Below, piece by piece: positions 10,140 through 19,237 of a DNA stretch of 32,000 bases. The stretch covers positions 247,212 through 279,211 of the forward strand of contig CAWKFQ010000023.1 of the NCBI GenBank assembly GCA_963848955.1, in the 5' to 3' direction. Below the pieces are notes generated by a model. The model was not told where the DNA came from, did not search any database, and worked only from the letters and a program-made list of their open reading frames with translations. Position numbers and translations under genes: made by a program. Source of the DNA: an uncultured Solirubrobacterales bacterium. GTDB lineage: Bacteria; Actinomycetota; Thermoleophilia; Solirubrobacterales; 70-9. The stretch's first letter is position 1, and each line of letters begins with the position of its first letter.

Positions 10140-10164
10140 ATGGGGACCGGGGGCCGGTCCCCAT
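10140..10164 (-). terminator. Perfect 11-bp stem / 3-nt loop GC hairpin just downstream of the LLM oxidoreductase stop
   Basis: ATGGGGACCGG-GGG-CCGGTCCCCAT, 26 nt after the stop at 10190. There is no clear U-tract, as is common in high-GC actinobacteria. Confidence 0.4.
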
Positions 10165-10189
10165 CACCTCGAGAATGGTTCGGCGGTCC

Positions 10190-11135
10190 CTATTGCCTCG
10201 CTGGGCGGGACGCGATGGCGGCGAGCGCCTCGGCGGAGTGCTCGAACGTCGTCACGTAGGTGACGCCGTGCTCGGTCCACAGTCGGTGGAGCCGCTCGGC
10301 GATCGCCGCCGGCGAGCCGAACAGCGCGAACGGGCTGTCGAGCAGCATGTCGAGGTGGATCTCGGCGCCGCCCGCGAACTCCTCGGCAGCGACACGCGGG
10401 TCGTCGGTGATTGTCACCCGCTGGACCAGGACCGACAGCTCCAGGTCGTCGAACCGCGGCCCGGCGCAGCGGCGGAGGTGCGCAATTCGGTCGGCCAAGC
10501 CGTCCCACGTGAAATGGCTCAGGTCGGTGTGGACCAACCCTGTCCCGGACGTGAACCCCACCAGGCCGACGATGTCGGCGTGCTCGGCGGCGATCCGCAG
10601 CACGCGATCGCCGTTGCCGCCCACCATCACCGGCACCGGCGACTGCACGGTCGCCAGATCGGTGCGCCGCGCCCTCGAGCCGGTAGGCGCCGTCGTGGCT
10701 TACGGTCTCGCCGACGAGCAGACGCCGCACCAATGGCACCGCCTCGGCAAGTCGTCCGACTCGAATTCCCGGCACGTCGTAGGGGATGCCGGTCGCGGCA
10801 AACTCCACCGCGGCGTGCCCGGCGCCGAAGCCAAGCTCGAGCCTTCCCTCCGTGAGTAGGTCAACGGCTGCGGCCTCCCGGGCCAGCAGGACCGGGTTCC
10901 AGAACTCGTTGTTGAGGACCAGCGTGCCGAACCGGAGCCTGTCACTCGCCCCGGCGGCGGCCACGAGCGGCGTGAAGGGAGGCCACAAACCGAGGTGGTC
11001 GGGCATGAGCAGGACGTCGTGGCCCTGGCCGTCGATTCGCCGCACGCGCTCGACCCACTCCTTGCGGGTGGCGGCCGGCGCCATGGCGATGACGCCGGTC
11101 CGGAACCTCCGGCCGCCGGCATTGCCCGGGTTCAC
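10190..11135 (-). pseudogene. Luciferase-like (LLM class, probably F420-dependent) oxidoreductase, one frame break near 10650-10670
   Basis: The N-terminal half (..RFRTGVIAMAPAATRKEWVERVRRIDGQGHDVLLMPDHLG...GRLELGFGAGHAAVEF...SHDGAYRLEG) is in the frame of ORF 10164..11648. The C-terminal half (QSPVPVMVGGNGDRVLRIAAEHADIVGL...) is ORF 10190..10648. The GTG start overlaps the arsC stop (GTGA at 11132-11135). Confidence 0.8.
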
Positions 11136-11485
11136 GTCGCCGACAGCAGGTCCTCGACGGCCTCGGGAGGTCGCCCCAGCACCGCCCGGCCGTCCCCGGC
11201 CACCAGGATCGGCCGCTCGATCAGGATCGGGTTGGCCACCATGGTCTCGATCCAGCGGCGGCGGTCGTGCGGCCAGTCGCTCAGGCCGAGCTTCTTGGCC
11301 ACCGGCTCTCCCATCCGGGCGATGTCCCACGGCTCGCGGCCGAGTGCCACCAGCACGGCGTCGAGCTCGTAGGCGGAGGGCGGGTCCTCGACATAGCGGC
11401 GCTCCGTGTAGGCGACGCCGCGGTCGTCGAGGATCGCCTTGGCCGAGCGGCTCTTCGAGCATCGGGGGTTGTGCCACAGCTCCAT
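11132..11485 (-). CDS. arsC: Glutaredoxin-type arsenate reductase ArsC family protein
   Basis: The 117-aa product aligns by eye with R773/E. coli ArsC: HNPRCSKSR (catalytic Cys loop), YVEDPPSAYEL, NPILIERPILV. Confidence 0.8.
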   Translation of the reverse strand: MELWHNPRCSKSRSAKAILDDRGVAYTERRYVEDPPSAYELDAVLVALGREPWDIARMGEPVAKKLGLSDWPHDRRRWIETMVANPILIERPILVAGDGRAVLGRPPEAVEDLLSAT

Positions 11486-11527
11486 GGCCCGAGCCTGTCA
11501 CGCCGGGCCGGGGCGGGGAACCGGAGC

Positions 11528-12322
11528 TCACCGGTCCCAGCGGGCGAGCAGTGCCTTGAGCATCTCGTCGGACTGGTGGCTGGGCAGCCCGCTCCCGCCG
11601 TCGACGATCAGGTCGTGCCCGGTGACGAAGCCGGCGTCGGGCGAGCACAGGAATGCCACCGCCCCGGCCACCTCCGTGGGGTCGCCGACGCGTCCCAGTG
11701 GGATGCGGCCCTCGATGCGGCTTCGGAGGCCCTCGTCGTCGAGCACGGCCTGCGTCATGCGGGTGGCGACGTAGCCGGGAGACACGCTGTTGACGCGCAC
11801 CTCGGGGGCGAACTCCAGTGCCGCCGTGCGGGTGAGCGCCACCACCCCCGCCTTGGCCGCCGCGTAGGGACCCTCACCCCGGGTCGGGCGGCTGGCCACC
11901 GTGCCGGCGACATTGACCACCGACCCGCGGCCCGAGTCTCGCAGGTGCGGCACCGCCGCCCGGATGCCGTGCCAGACGCCCGTGAGGTTGACCGCCAGCA
12001 GGCGGGCGAACTCGGCGTCGGTGAAGCGGGCCAGAGGCTTCGTCGACCCGAATCCGGCGTTGTTCACGAGGATCGTGAGGCCGGCGAAGGCCTCGGCCGC
12101 CTGCTCGATGGCCGCCGCCAGCTCCTCGGAATCGGCGACATCGGCGCCGAGCGCCAAGTGGCCCTCACCGAGCTGGGCGGCCAGCTCGCCGCCGGCAGTC
12201 TCGTCCACGTCCACGATGGCCACCCGAGCCCCATCCCCGGCCAGACGGCACGCCACCGCGCGCCCGATGCCATGGGCACCACCGGTGACCACCGCCGCAT
12301 GCCCGTCGAACGGTCCGGCCAC
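11528..12322 (-). CDS. Short-chain dehydrogenase/reductase (SDR)
   Basis: TGGAHGIGRA cofactor motif, NNAG, and the catalytic YAAAK. Intact at 264 aa. Confidence 0.9.
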   Translation of the reverse strand: MAGPFDGHAAVVTGGAHGIGRAVACRLAGDGARVAIVDVDETAGGELAAQLGEGHLALGADVADSEELAAAIEQAAEAFAGLTILVNNAGFGSTKPLARFTDAEFARLLAVNLTGVWHGIRAAVPHLRDSGRGSVVNVAGTVASRPTRGEGPYAAAKAGVVALTRTAALEFAPEVRVNSVSPGYVATRMTQAVLDDEGLRSRIEGRIPLGRVGDPTEVAGAVAFLCSPDAGFVTGHDLIVDGGSGLPSHQSDEMLKALLARWDR

Positions 12323-12339
12323 GGTGCGGCCCCCGAACC

Positions 12340-13428
12340 CTAGAAGCCCTGGAACCAGTGGCCGGCGTTGACGCCGAGCGCCTGCCCGGTGATGGGCCTG
12401 GACATGTCGGAGGCGAAGAAGACGACGGCCTCGGCGATCTCACTCGACGGTGGCAGGTAGCCAAGGGCCGTCTCCGATGCCACCTCCGCGTACTGCTCGT
12501 CCGGCGTGATCCCCTTCTGTTGGGCCAGGTGCTCGAAGTACATGGCCACGCTGTCGCCCCAGATGTAGCCGGGATGGATGCTGTTGACCCGGATCCCCTG
12601 TGCCCCCAGCTCGACCGCCAGGATCTTGGTGGCCGCCGCCAGCGCCGCCTTCGACGCGGTGTAGGCCCCGAACCGGGAACGCATCCGGACGGCGGACATC
12701 GAGTTGACCATCACGACGCGCCCGTCGCCCTGGTCGGCCATCGGGGCCACGCAGGCCTGGGTGAGCTGGAGGGTACCGAACAGGTTGACGTCCATGGTCC
12801 GGCGCCAGTCATCCAGGTCGGCGTCGGCGAAGCGTGTCCGATCACCGGCATGGAAGGCGTTGTTGACGAGCACGTCGAGTCGCCCGAACGTCTCCACCAC
12901 CCGCTCGACCGCACTCCGGCACGAGTCGGCGTCGCAGATGTCCAGCCGCAGCGCCAGTGCCTTGGCGCCCAACCCCTCGATCTCGGCGGCGATGGCCTCG
13001 ACCTTGGCACCGGTGCGGGCACCCACCACGACGGTGGCCCCCTGCCGGCCGCAGGCCAGCGCGATGTCGCGGCCGAGCCCCGGACCGGCGCCCGACACGA
13101 ACGCCACCTTCCCGTCCAGCAATGCCATCCGGGTCAGGGTAGGCCCGCTACGAGGGGCCTTTCTCCTCTTGCGGCGCTCCCACAGCGCCTCGGCCGCCTG
13201 CCCGAGCAACGCCCCGAGGACGAGCGCCACCAGCAGCCCGGCCCACAGGCGGGTCGTGACGTCGAAGAACACGAAGCTCATCTCGACGCGGTCGCTGTTC
13301 TGCACGACGAAGAGGACGGCGAGGACGACCACCGCGGCGGCCACCAACAGCCGGGTGATCAGCCGTACATCGGGTCCGTCGGACGACTCCTCCAGCGGCG
13401 CATCGCTGCGCTCCGGCTTGTACGCCAC
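12340..13428 (-). CDS. SDR oxidoreductase (core 12340..13128) read in-frame with an N-terminal LapA/DUF1049-like two-TM module (13129..13428)
   Basis: The core starts at MALLDGKVAFVSGAGPGLGR (ATG at 13128) and has NNAF and YTASK motifs. Upstream 100 aa read LLVAAAVVVLAVLFVVQNSDRVEMSFVFFDVTTRLWAGLLVALVLGALLGQ..WERRKRRK. There is no in-frame stop between them, and an out-of-frame TAG sits at 13148-13150. Confidence 0.85.
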   Translation of the reverse strand: MAYKPERSDAPLEESSDGPDVRLITRLLVAAAVVVLAVLFVVQNSDRVEMSFVFFDVTTRLWAGLLVALVLGALLGQAAEALWERRKRRKAPRSGPTLTRMALLDGKVAFVSGAGPGLGRDIALACGRQGATVVVGARTGAKVEAIAAEIEGLGAKALALRLDICDADSCRSAVERVVETFGRLDVLVNNAFHAGDRTRFADADLDDWRRTMDVNLFGTLQLTQACVAPMADQGDGRVVMVNSMSAVRMRSRFGAYTASKAALAAATKILAVELGAQGIRVNSIHPGYIWGDSVAMYFEHLAQQKGITPDEQYAEVASETALGYLPPSSEIAEAVVFFASDMSRPITGQALGVNAGHWFQGF

Positions 13429-13487
13429 GTCAGGAAACTACCGCGCAGAGCGTCACGTAACGAGTACCCAGCGGGCCCGCGCGGCCC

Positions 13488-14270
13488 CTAACGGCGTTCG
13501 TAGAGCGGCTCGCGGTCCTCGGCGCGTGCCTGCAGGTGCTCGCGGTAGTCATGGGACCCCAGCACCATCGCCTGACCGGTCAGCTCCCGCTGCAGCGTGG
13601 AGCGCACCTCCGAGGACGCCAGGGCCTGGACGTGCTCCCGGATCAGCCGCACCGCCAACGGCGGGCGCTCGGCGATCGACTCCGCCAGGCCCAGCACGAC
13701 CTCGTCGAGCTCTTCGTCGGGTACCACCTGCGTCACCAACCCGAGCTGGAACGCCTCGTCAGCTCCCACCCGCCGGCCGGTCAGCGCCAGGTCGAGCGCC
13801 AGCGCCGATCCGCCGATCTCGAAGAGCTTGGCCACCCCGGCCGAGTCCGGGATGACGCCGTGGTCGATCGCCGGCAGTGCCAGCGCCGCGCTCTCGCCGG
13901 CCACCCGCATGTCGCACAGCAGCGCCCGTTCCAGCTGGATGCCGAGCACCCAGCCCTTGAGGGCGCAGATGATCGGGACCGGGAAGTCGTAGAGCAGCCG
14001 GGTCTGCCATTGGTTGCGCTCGATGAACTCGAGGTCCGTGGCCCCCGGGTGGTCGTGCAGCTCGCCGAGGTCGCGCCCCGACGAGAACGAGGGACCGTTG
14101 CCCCGCCACACGACCGCCCGCACGTCGCGGTCGTTGCGGAGCAGGTCCAGGTACCGGAAGAACAGCGCGTCGGCGGCATCGCCGACCATGTTGTGCTGAT
14201 CGGGCCTGTTCAGGCTGATGACGGCCACACCGCCTTTCACCTCGAGCAGGACGGGATCGTCGTCCACCAT
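13488..14270 (-). CDS. Enoyl-CoA hydratase/isomerase (crotonase) family protein
   Basis: ATG at 14270 is preceded by AAGGGAGGGAG. The 260-aa product reads VAVISLNRPDQHNMV...VVWRGNGPSFSSGRDL...ICALKGWVLGIQLERALLCDMRVA. Confidence 0.9.
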   Translation of the reverse strand: MVDDDPVLLEVKGGVAVISLNRPDQHNMVGDAADALFFRYLDLLRNDRDVRAVVWRGNGPSFSSGRDLGELHDHPGATDLEFIERNQWQTRLLYDFPVPIICALKGWVLGIQLERALLCDMRVAGESAALALPAIDHGVIPDSAGVAKLFEIGGSALALDLALTGRRVGADEAFQLGLVTQVVPDEELDEVVLGLAESIAERPPLAVRLIREHVQALASSEVRSTLQRELTGQAMVLGSHDYREHLQARAEDREPLYERR

Positions 14271-14392
14271 CGAATCTCCCTCCCTTGGGCGACGCTGGGG
14301 AGAGCGCCCGCCGGGTGCCACCACGCTATGTCGTATGGACCGCGCGTGCTGGGGGAACTTTGCGACCACTCCCGGCGCCAGCCGCGCGTTCG

Positions 14393-14614
14393 TCAGACGG
14401 GCTGGACGTTGACCGCCTGCTGGCCACGCCGACCGGGCGCCACCTCGAACCGGACGCGCTGGCCGGCTTCGAGCGTCCGGTGTCGCCCGCCCAGGCTGGA
14501 GGCATGGACGAACACGTCGGCTGCCCCCCGCCGGGCGATGAACCCGTATCCCCTGGCGGGATGGAACGACTTCACGGTCCCGGTCAACCGGCGGTCGTCC
14601 CGCCGGGCCGACAT
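14393..14614 (-). CDS. Cold-shock domain (CspA-like) ORF, either stand-alone or the C-terminal domain of the upstream helicase
   Basis: LTGTVKSFHPARGYGFIARRGAADVFVHASSL...LEAGQRVRFEVAPGRRGQQAVNVQPV* carries RNP1/RNP2-like motifs. The same frame stays open upstream as a basic linker (RRGRLATAPAAAPGSPERPPAAHRHARDRR). Confidence 0.6.
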   Translation of the reverse strand: MSARRDDRRLTGTVKSFHPARGYGFIARRGAADVFVHASSLGGRHRTLEAGQRVRFEVAPGRRGQQAVNVQPV

Positions 14615-15840
14615 CCGCCGATCTCGGGCATGGCGGTGGGCCGCGGGCGGACGTTCCGGCGAACCCGGTGCGGCTGCCGGTGCCGTGGCGAGCCTGCCCC
14701 GCCGCGACGAGACGGTCGGGCTCGGGCGCCTCGATCGGCTCCGTGCGTTCCAGGTCCCGCTGCAAGCTGCGGACGGCCTGCCGGCCGCCGGGCGTCACGA
14801 GCGAGACGACGACGCCCGCGGCCCCGGCGCGGCCCGTTCGTCCCGAGCGGTGGACGTAGTCCTTGGCATCGCCCGCGGGGTCGAAGTGGACAACGCAGGC
14901 CACGCCGTCGACGTGGATGCCGCGGGCGGCGACGTCGGTCGCCACCAGCGCCGGGGACTTGCCACTGGTGAACGAGCGCAATGCATGGTGACGCTCCGCC
15001 TGCGTGCGCCGACCGTGGATGGCCTCCGCCTTGACCCCGGCCTGCCGGAGTTGGCGGGCGACGCGGTCGACGCCATGGCGGGTGCGGCAGAACACGATGG
15101 TGGGCCCGGTGTGGCCGACGATGTCGGCTGTCAGCGCCACCCTCCCCGGCTGGTCCACCGTCCAGAACAGGTGCGTGACCTCGGCACCGTCGCCGGTGGT
15201 GTCCCCGGCCACGTGCCGGGCGGGATCACGCTGATAGCGGCTGACCAGGGCGTCGACGTCGCGATCGAGCGTCGCCGAGAACAGCAGCGTCTGGCGGCGC
15301 GGGGACGTGAGGTCGAGCAGCCGACGCACGGCCGGCAGAAAGCCCATGTCGGCCATGCGGTCGGCTTCGTCGACCACCACCAGCTCGACCCCGTCGAGGC
15401 GGACGTCACCGCTGGCGACAAGGTCCTCGAGTCGTCCGGGGCAGGCGACGACCGCACTGACGCCACGCGCCAGCAGCCTGCGTTGCGGGCCGTAGCCGAC
15501 CCCACCGTAGATGGCCGCGACCGGACCGGAGCCGTGCTGGTCGATCAGGCCTTCCAGCTCGCGCTGCACCTGCGCTGCCAGCTCGCGTGTGGGCACGAGC
15601 ACGAGGGCCCAGGGACGTCGCGGCTGCGGGTCGGGCAGCGTCGCGGACACGGGCCGCGATGGTGAGGCCGAATGCGAGCGTCTTCCCCGATCCGGTCGGG
15701 GCCTTGCCGGCGACGTCGCGGCCGGCGAGGGCGTCGGGCAGCGTGGCGACCTGGATGGGGAACGGCTGGGCGATGCCGCGGCGGGCCACGGTGGCGCACA
15801 GGGGCGCGGGCACGCCGAGGTCGGCGAAGGTGGGGGACAA
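14615..15840 (-). pseudogene. DEAD-box ATP-dependent RNA helicase (frame break near 15640; no stop in its own frame at the 3' end)
   Basis: Candidate TTG start at 15840 with GGAG 5 nt upstream. Q-motif FADLGV...PFPIQ and Walker A APTGSGKTLAF are in ORF 15406..15942. PTRELA, VVDEADRM, SAT, and HRSGRTGRAG are in ORF 13488..15932. The helicase frame then runs as junk into the downstream hydratase gene. Confidence 0.85.
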
Positions 15841-15860
15841 CGGTACTCCGATCGAACTGG

Positions 15861-15881
15861 GGCTGCGCGAACAGCGCAGCC
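15861..15881 (-). promoter_or_regulatory. Perfect 8-bp stem / 5-nt loop hairpin in the helicase 5' leader
   Basis: GGCTGCGC-GAACA-GCGCAGCC, about 20 nt upstream of the proposed helicase start. It lies inside a 270-nt non-coding gap (15841-16112). Confidence 0.25.
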
Positions 15882-16112
15882 GTGGCCCCCGCGGCCCGGC
15901 GCCGTAGGCGCCAAGAGCGGGAAGCCCAGCAACGCTTGCCACGGACCAGATGATCAGTCCGCGACCGCTAGGTGGGGGTAGGCCAACTCGAACGGATGTC
16001 TCGAATGGGCCCCATCGGCGTTTCAGCGCCGACAGTTGCCGGCGGCGCCGGCGAGTGACCCGTGAACCCTACCGGCTTCGACGGCGGATCCGTTCGCCGG
16101 GCGCGCGGAAGT

Positions 16113-16367
16113 TCAGGCCGCCGGGGCCGTCGTCGTGGTGGACGTCGAGGCCGTCGTGGTGGACGTCGAGGCCGTCGTGGTGGACGTCGCAGCCGTGGTC
16201 GTCGTGGACGCCGGCGCCGTGGTGGAGCCGGAGGCCGACGTGGTCGTCGTCTCGCGGACGCCGGTCTGGGGGATCGGGCCCTCGTCGTCGCCTCCGCAGG
16301 CGGCAAGTGCCAGCACTGCCACCAAAGCCGACCCCAGAACTGCCCGGCGCGTCCGTCGTTTGTCCAC
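16113..16367 (-). CDS. Small Thr/Ser-rich lipoprotein (possible Tat signal), last gene of the hopanoid operon
   Basis: GTG start 4 nt after the dxs stop. MDKRRTRRAVLGSALVAVLALAAC has an RR n-region and an L-A-A-C lipobox. The mature part is almost only T/S/A (TSTTTAS repeats). The opposite-strand WWTSRPS ORF is its mirror image. Confidence 0.7.
   Translation of the reverse strand: MDKRRTRRAVLGSALVAVLALAACGGDDEGPIPQTGVRETTTTSASGSTTAPASTTTTAATSTTTASTSTTTASTSTTTTAPAA
16125..16190. repeat. About 3 tandem copies of a 21-bp unit (GGCCGTCGTGGTGGACGTCGA), first copy 24 bp
   Basis: Read directly from the sequence: 16125-16148, 16149-16169, 16170-16190. It encodes the TSTTTAS repeats of the lipoprotein. 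There are no spacers, so it is not CRISPR. Confidence 0.8.
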
Positions 16368-16371
16368 GGCC

Positions 16372-18238
16372 CTAGAGCATGGCGGACGCGCTGCTCAGGT
16401 CACCAAACCCCGCCGGGTCGTCCAATCGCCGCAGCCCCTTGCGGGCCACGGCCGCGATCCCTATCCCGTCCAGCCCGAGCTCGGAACGGATCGTCGCCGG
16501 ATCGCCATGTGCCACGTAGGCGTCGGGCACGCCCAGCACGATCACGGGTGGCGGGCCGTCGGGGTCCCCGAAGCCGCGCCGGGAACCAGAGCGGCCCGGC
16601 CGAGGGCGTCGACGACCCGGGCGCCGGCACCTCCCTCCCGCACACCGTCCTCGACCGTGACGACCAGCCGGTGCCGCCCGGCGTCGGTCACGAGGTCGGC
16701 GTCGAGCGGCTTGACCACCCGCATGTCCCACACGGTTGTCGACACGCCCAGGTCCTCGAGGAGACCGGCCGCCTCGTCGGCCGCCTCGACCAGCGGGCCC
16801 GCGGCGGCGATGCACACGTCACGTCCGGCCCGGAGCTGCCTGGCGCGCCGGCCGCCCCCGGTCTCGTCGGCCGGGACCTCCCGCGCCGCGCCGCTCGGCC
16901 AGCGCAGGGCGCAGGGGCCGTTCGTCGCCAGCGCCTCGTCGAGCATGACCTCGAGCTCGGCGCCGGACGACGGGGCGAACACCGTCATCCCGGGCACGCG
17001 GCCGAGCAACGCCAGGTCGAGCACGCCGTGGTGCGACGGCCCGTCCGGTCCGGTGATCCCGGCGCGGTCGACGCACAGCACGACGGGCAGGCGGTGGAGG
17101 CCGACGTCCAAGTTGATCTGGTCGAGCGCCCGGGTCAGGAACGACGAGTAGATGGCGACCACGGGCCGCAGGCCGCCCATCGCCATGCCGGCGGCCGCCG
17201 TCACCGCATGCTGCTCGGCGATCCCGACGTCGAAGAACCGGTCGGGGAAGGCCTCGGCGAACGGCCGCAGGCCGGTGGAGCTGGGCATGGCCGCGGTGAT
17301 GGCGACGATCCGCCGGTCGCGCGCCGCCGCACGCACCAGTGCCTCGGAGAAGACATCGGTGTAGCGCGGGCGGGTGCGGGCCGGAGGCGCGTAACGGCGA
17401 GACGGGGAACGGGGCCACGTCGTGCAGGCACTTGTCGTCGTCGTCCTCCGCGGGCGCGAAGCCGCGGCCCTTGCGGGTGAGCACGTGGACGACCGCCGGC
17501 CGGCCCGACGAGAGCGCGTCCCGCAAGGCCCGACTCCAGGGCCGCGACGTCGTGGCCGTCGAGGGGGCCGTGGTAGTCGACCCCGAGCGCCTCGAAGAAC
17601 GAGGGCCCGGACGGTGGGGCATCGCCAGCGCCACCCCGTGCCGCCCGGTGACCCGCAGGGAGCTGAGGCTCTCGGTCAGCTTCGACACGGTCGGCGCGTA
17701 GGAGCGGCCGTTGTCGTTGAGGACCACCACGACGGGCAGGCCGCGCCAGCCGATGTTGTTGAGCCCCTCGTAGGCCATGCCGCCCGTCAGCGCCCCGTCG
17801 CCCACGACCGCGACGACCCGGCCCGCGTGGCCCGCCTGGCGCCGGGCCGCCGCCAGGCCGTAGGCGTAGGACAGTGCCGTCGAGGCGTGGCTGTTCTCCA
17901 CCCAGTCGTGCGGCGACTCGGCGCGGTTGGGGTAGCCCGAGAGCCCACGGGCCTTGCGCAGTGTGGGGAACCGCGCCCGCCGACCGGTGAGCAGCTTGTG
18001 GGTGTACGCCTGGTGGCCGGTGTCCCAGACCATGGCGTCGGTCGGCGAGTCGAGGACCCGGTGGAGGGCGATGGTCAGCTCCACCGCCCCCAGATTCGAC
18101 CCCAGGTGCCCGCCGTTGGCGGCGACGGTGTCGATCAGGACCGCGGCGTATGTCGGCCGCAAGCTCGTCGAGCTGATCGTCATCGAGGTGCCGTAGATCG
18201 GCCGGCGACCGGATGGCGCCGAGCGCGCCCATGCTCAT
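16372..18238 (-). pseudogene. dxs: 1-deoxy-D-xylulose-5-phosphate synthase (Dxs), at least 5 frame breaks as assembled
   Basis: Dxs segments are spread over all three frames: MSMGALGAIRSPADLRHLDDDQLDELAADIR / GGHLGSNLGAVELTIALH..GHQAYTHKLLTGR..VVAVVGDGALTGGMAYEGLNN..VLNDN / FFEALGVDYHGPLDGHD / VVHVLTRKGRGFAPAE / IVAITAAMPSSTGL..FDVGIAEQHAVT..DRAGITGPDGPSHHG / VLGVPDAYVAHGDP. Junctions are near 18145, 17630, 17530, 17392 and 16570. The ATG overlaps the hpnH stop (ATGA at 18235-18238). Confidence 0.9.
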
Positions 18239-19235
18239 CGCGCCAACGCGGCGCGCACCGACTGGCGCAGCGACGTGGTGGTGGCGATGACCGCCGACGG
18301 CTCGTAGCCGCAGTGGGCCATGCAGTTCGCGGCACCGCGGATCGCGGCCCGCGGCCGTAGCGCTCCCAGTCGGTGGTCTCGACGAGCTCGCGGTAGCTCG
18401 AGGCGTAGCTGTCGCCCATCAGGTAGCAGGGCCGCTGCCAGCCGAAGACCGAGTAGCTGGGGATCCCCCACGCGGTGCACGGGAAGTCGACCTTGCCCTC
18501 GAGGAAGTCGAGGAACAGCGGCGTGTGGTTGAGACGCCAGCGACGGCGGCGCCCGGCGAATGCCTCCCGGAACAGGCGCTGCGTCTGCTGGACGCCGAGG
18601 AAGTGCAGCTGGTCGGGCGCCTTCTCGTAGGCGTAGCCGGGCGAGATCATCATGGAGTCCACGCCGACCTCGTCGTTGAGGAAGTCGAGCACCTCGCGGA
18701 CGGTCGACGGCGAGTCGGTCGAGAAGAACGTCGTGTTGGTGGTGACCCGGAAGCCCCGCTCCTTGGCCGTCGGCGATGGCGTCGATGGCCTCGTCGAAGA
18801 CACCGTCGCGGCAAACCGACTCGTCGTGGCGCTCGCGCAGGCCGTCGATGTGCACGGTCCACGCGAAGTAGGGCGAGGGCGGAACTTGTCGAGCTTGCGC
18901 CGCAGCAGCACCGCGTTGGTGCACAGGTAGACGAAGCGCTTGCGGCCGGTGAGCGCCTCGACCATCTCGACGATGTCCGGGTGCAGCAGCGGTTCGCCGC
19001 CGGCGATCGACACGATCGGCGCGCCGCACTCCTCCATGGCGGCGACGGCCTCCTCGACCGACACCCGCTGGCGCAGCACCTCGGTGGGGTGCTGGATCTT
19101 CCCGCAGCCGGCGCAGGCGAGGTTGCAGGCGAACAGCGGCTCGAGCTCGACCACCAGAGGGAACTTGTCGCGGCGGGCCAGCTTCTGGCGCAGTAGGTAC
19201 AAGCCCACCCGCGTGCTCTGTCGCAACGGCACCAC
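18235..19235 (-). pseudogene. hpnH: Hopanoid biosynthesis radical SAM protein HpnH (adenosylhopane synthase), 3 frame breaks
   Basis: VVPLRQSTRVGLYLLRQKLARRDKFPLVVELEPLFACNLACAGCGKIQHP carries the CxxxCxxC cluster motif. Further segments are ..SIAGGEPLLHP.. / YFAWTVHIDGLRERHDESVCRDGVFDEAIDAI / ERGFRVTTNTTFF...SPGYAYEKAP...FPCTAWGIPSYSVFGWQRPCYLM / CMAHCGYEPSAV. Junctions are near 18880, 18765 and 18350. Confidence 0.9.
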
Positions 19236-19237
19236 GA

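Noticed and set aside
13536-15665. 709-aa plus-strand ORF and other large shadow ORFs (2579..4675+, 16062..17480+, 19295..20656+, 27713..28867-, 30402..31700-)
   Set aside because: The reasoning is the same. Each overlaps a motif-rich gene on the other strand or frame, and each has low-complexity, basic composition.
16125-16190. Possible CRISPR-like repeat
   Set aside because: The 21-bp units are directly adjacent with no spacers, lie inside a coding region, and no cas genes are present.
15950-16375. Plus-strand ORF with WWTSRPS tandem repeats
   Set aside because: It is the mirror image of the Thr-rich repeat on the minus strand. The minus-strand reading has a textbook lipoprotein signal and sits 4 nt after dxs, so the plus-strand ORF is discarded.
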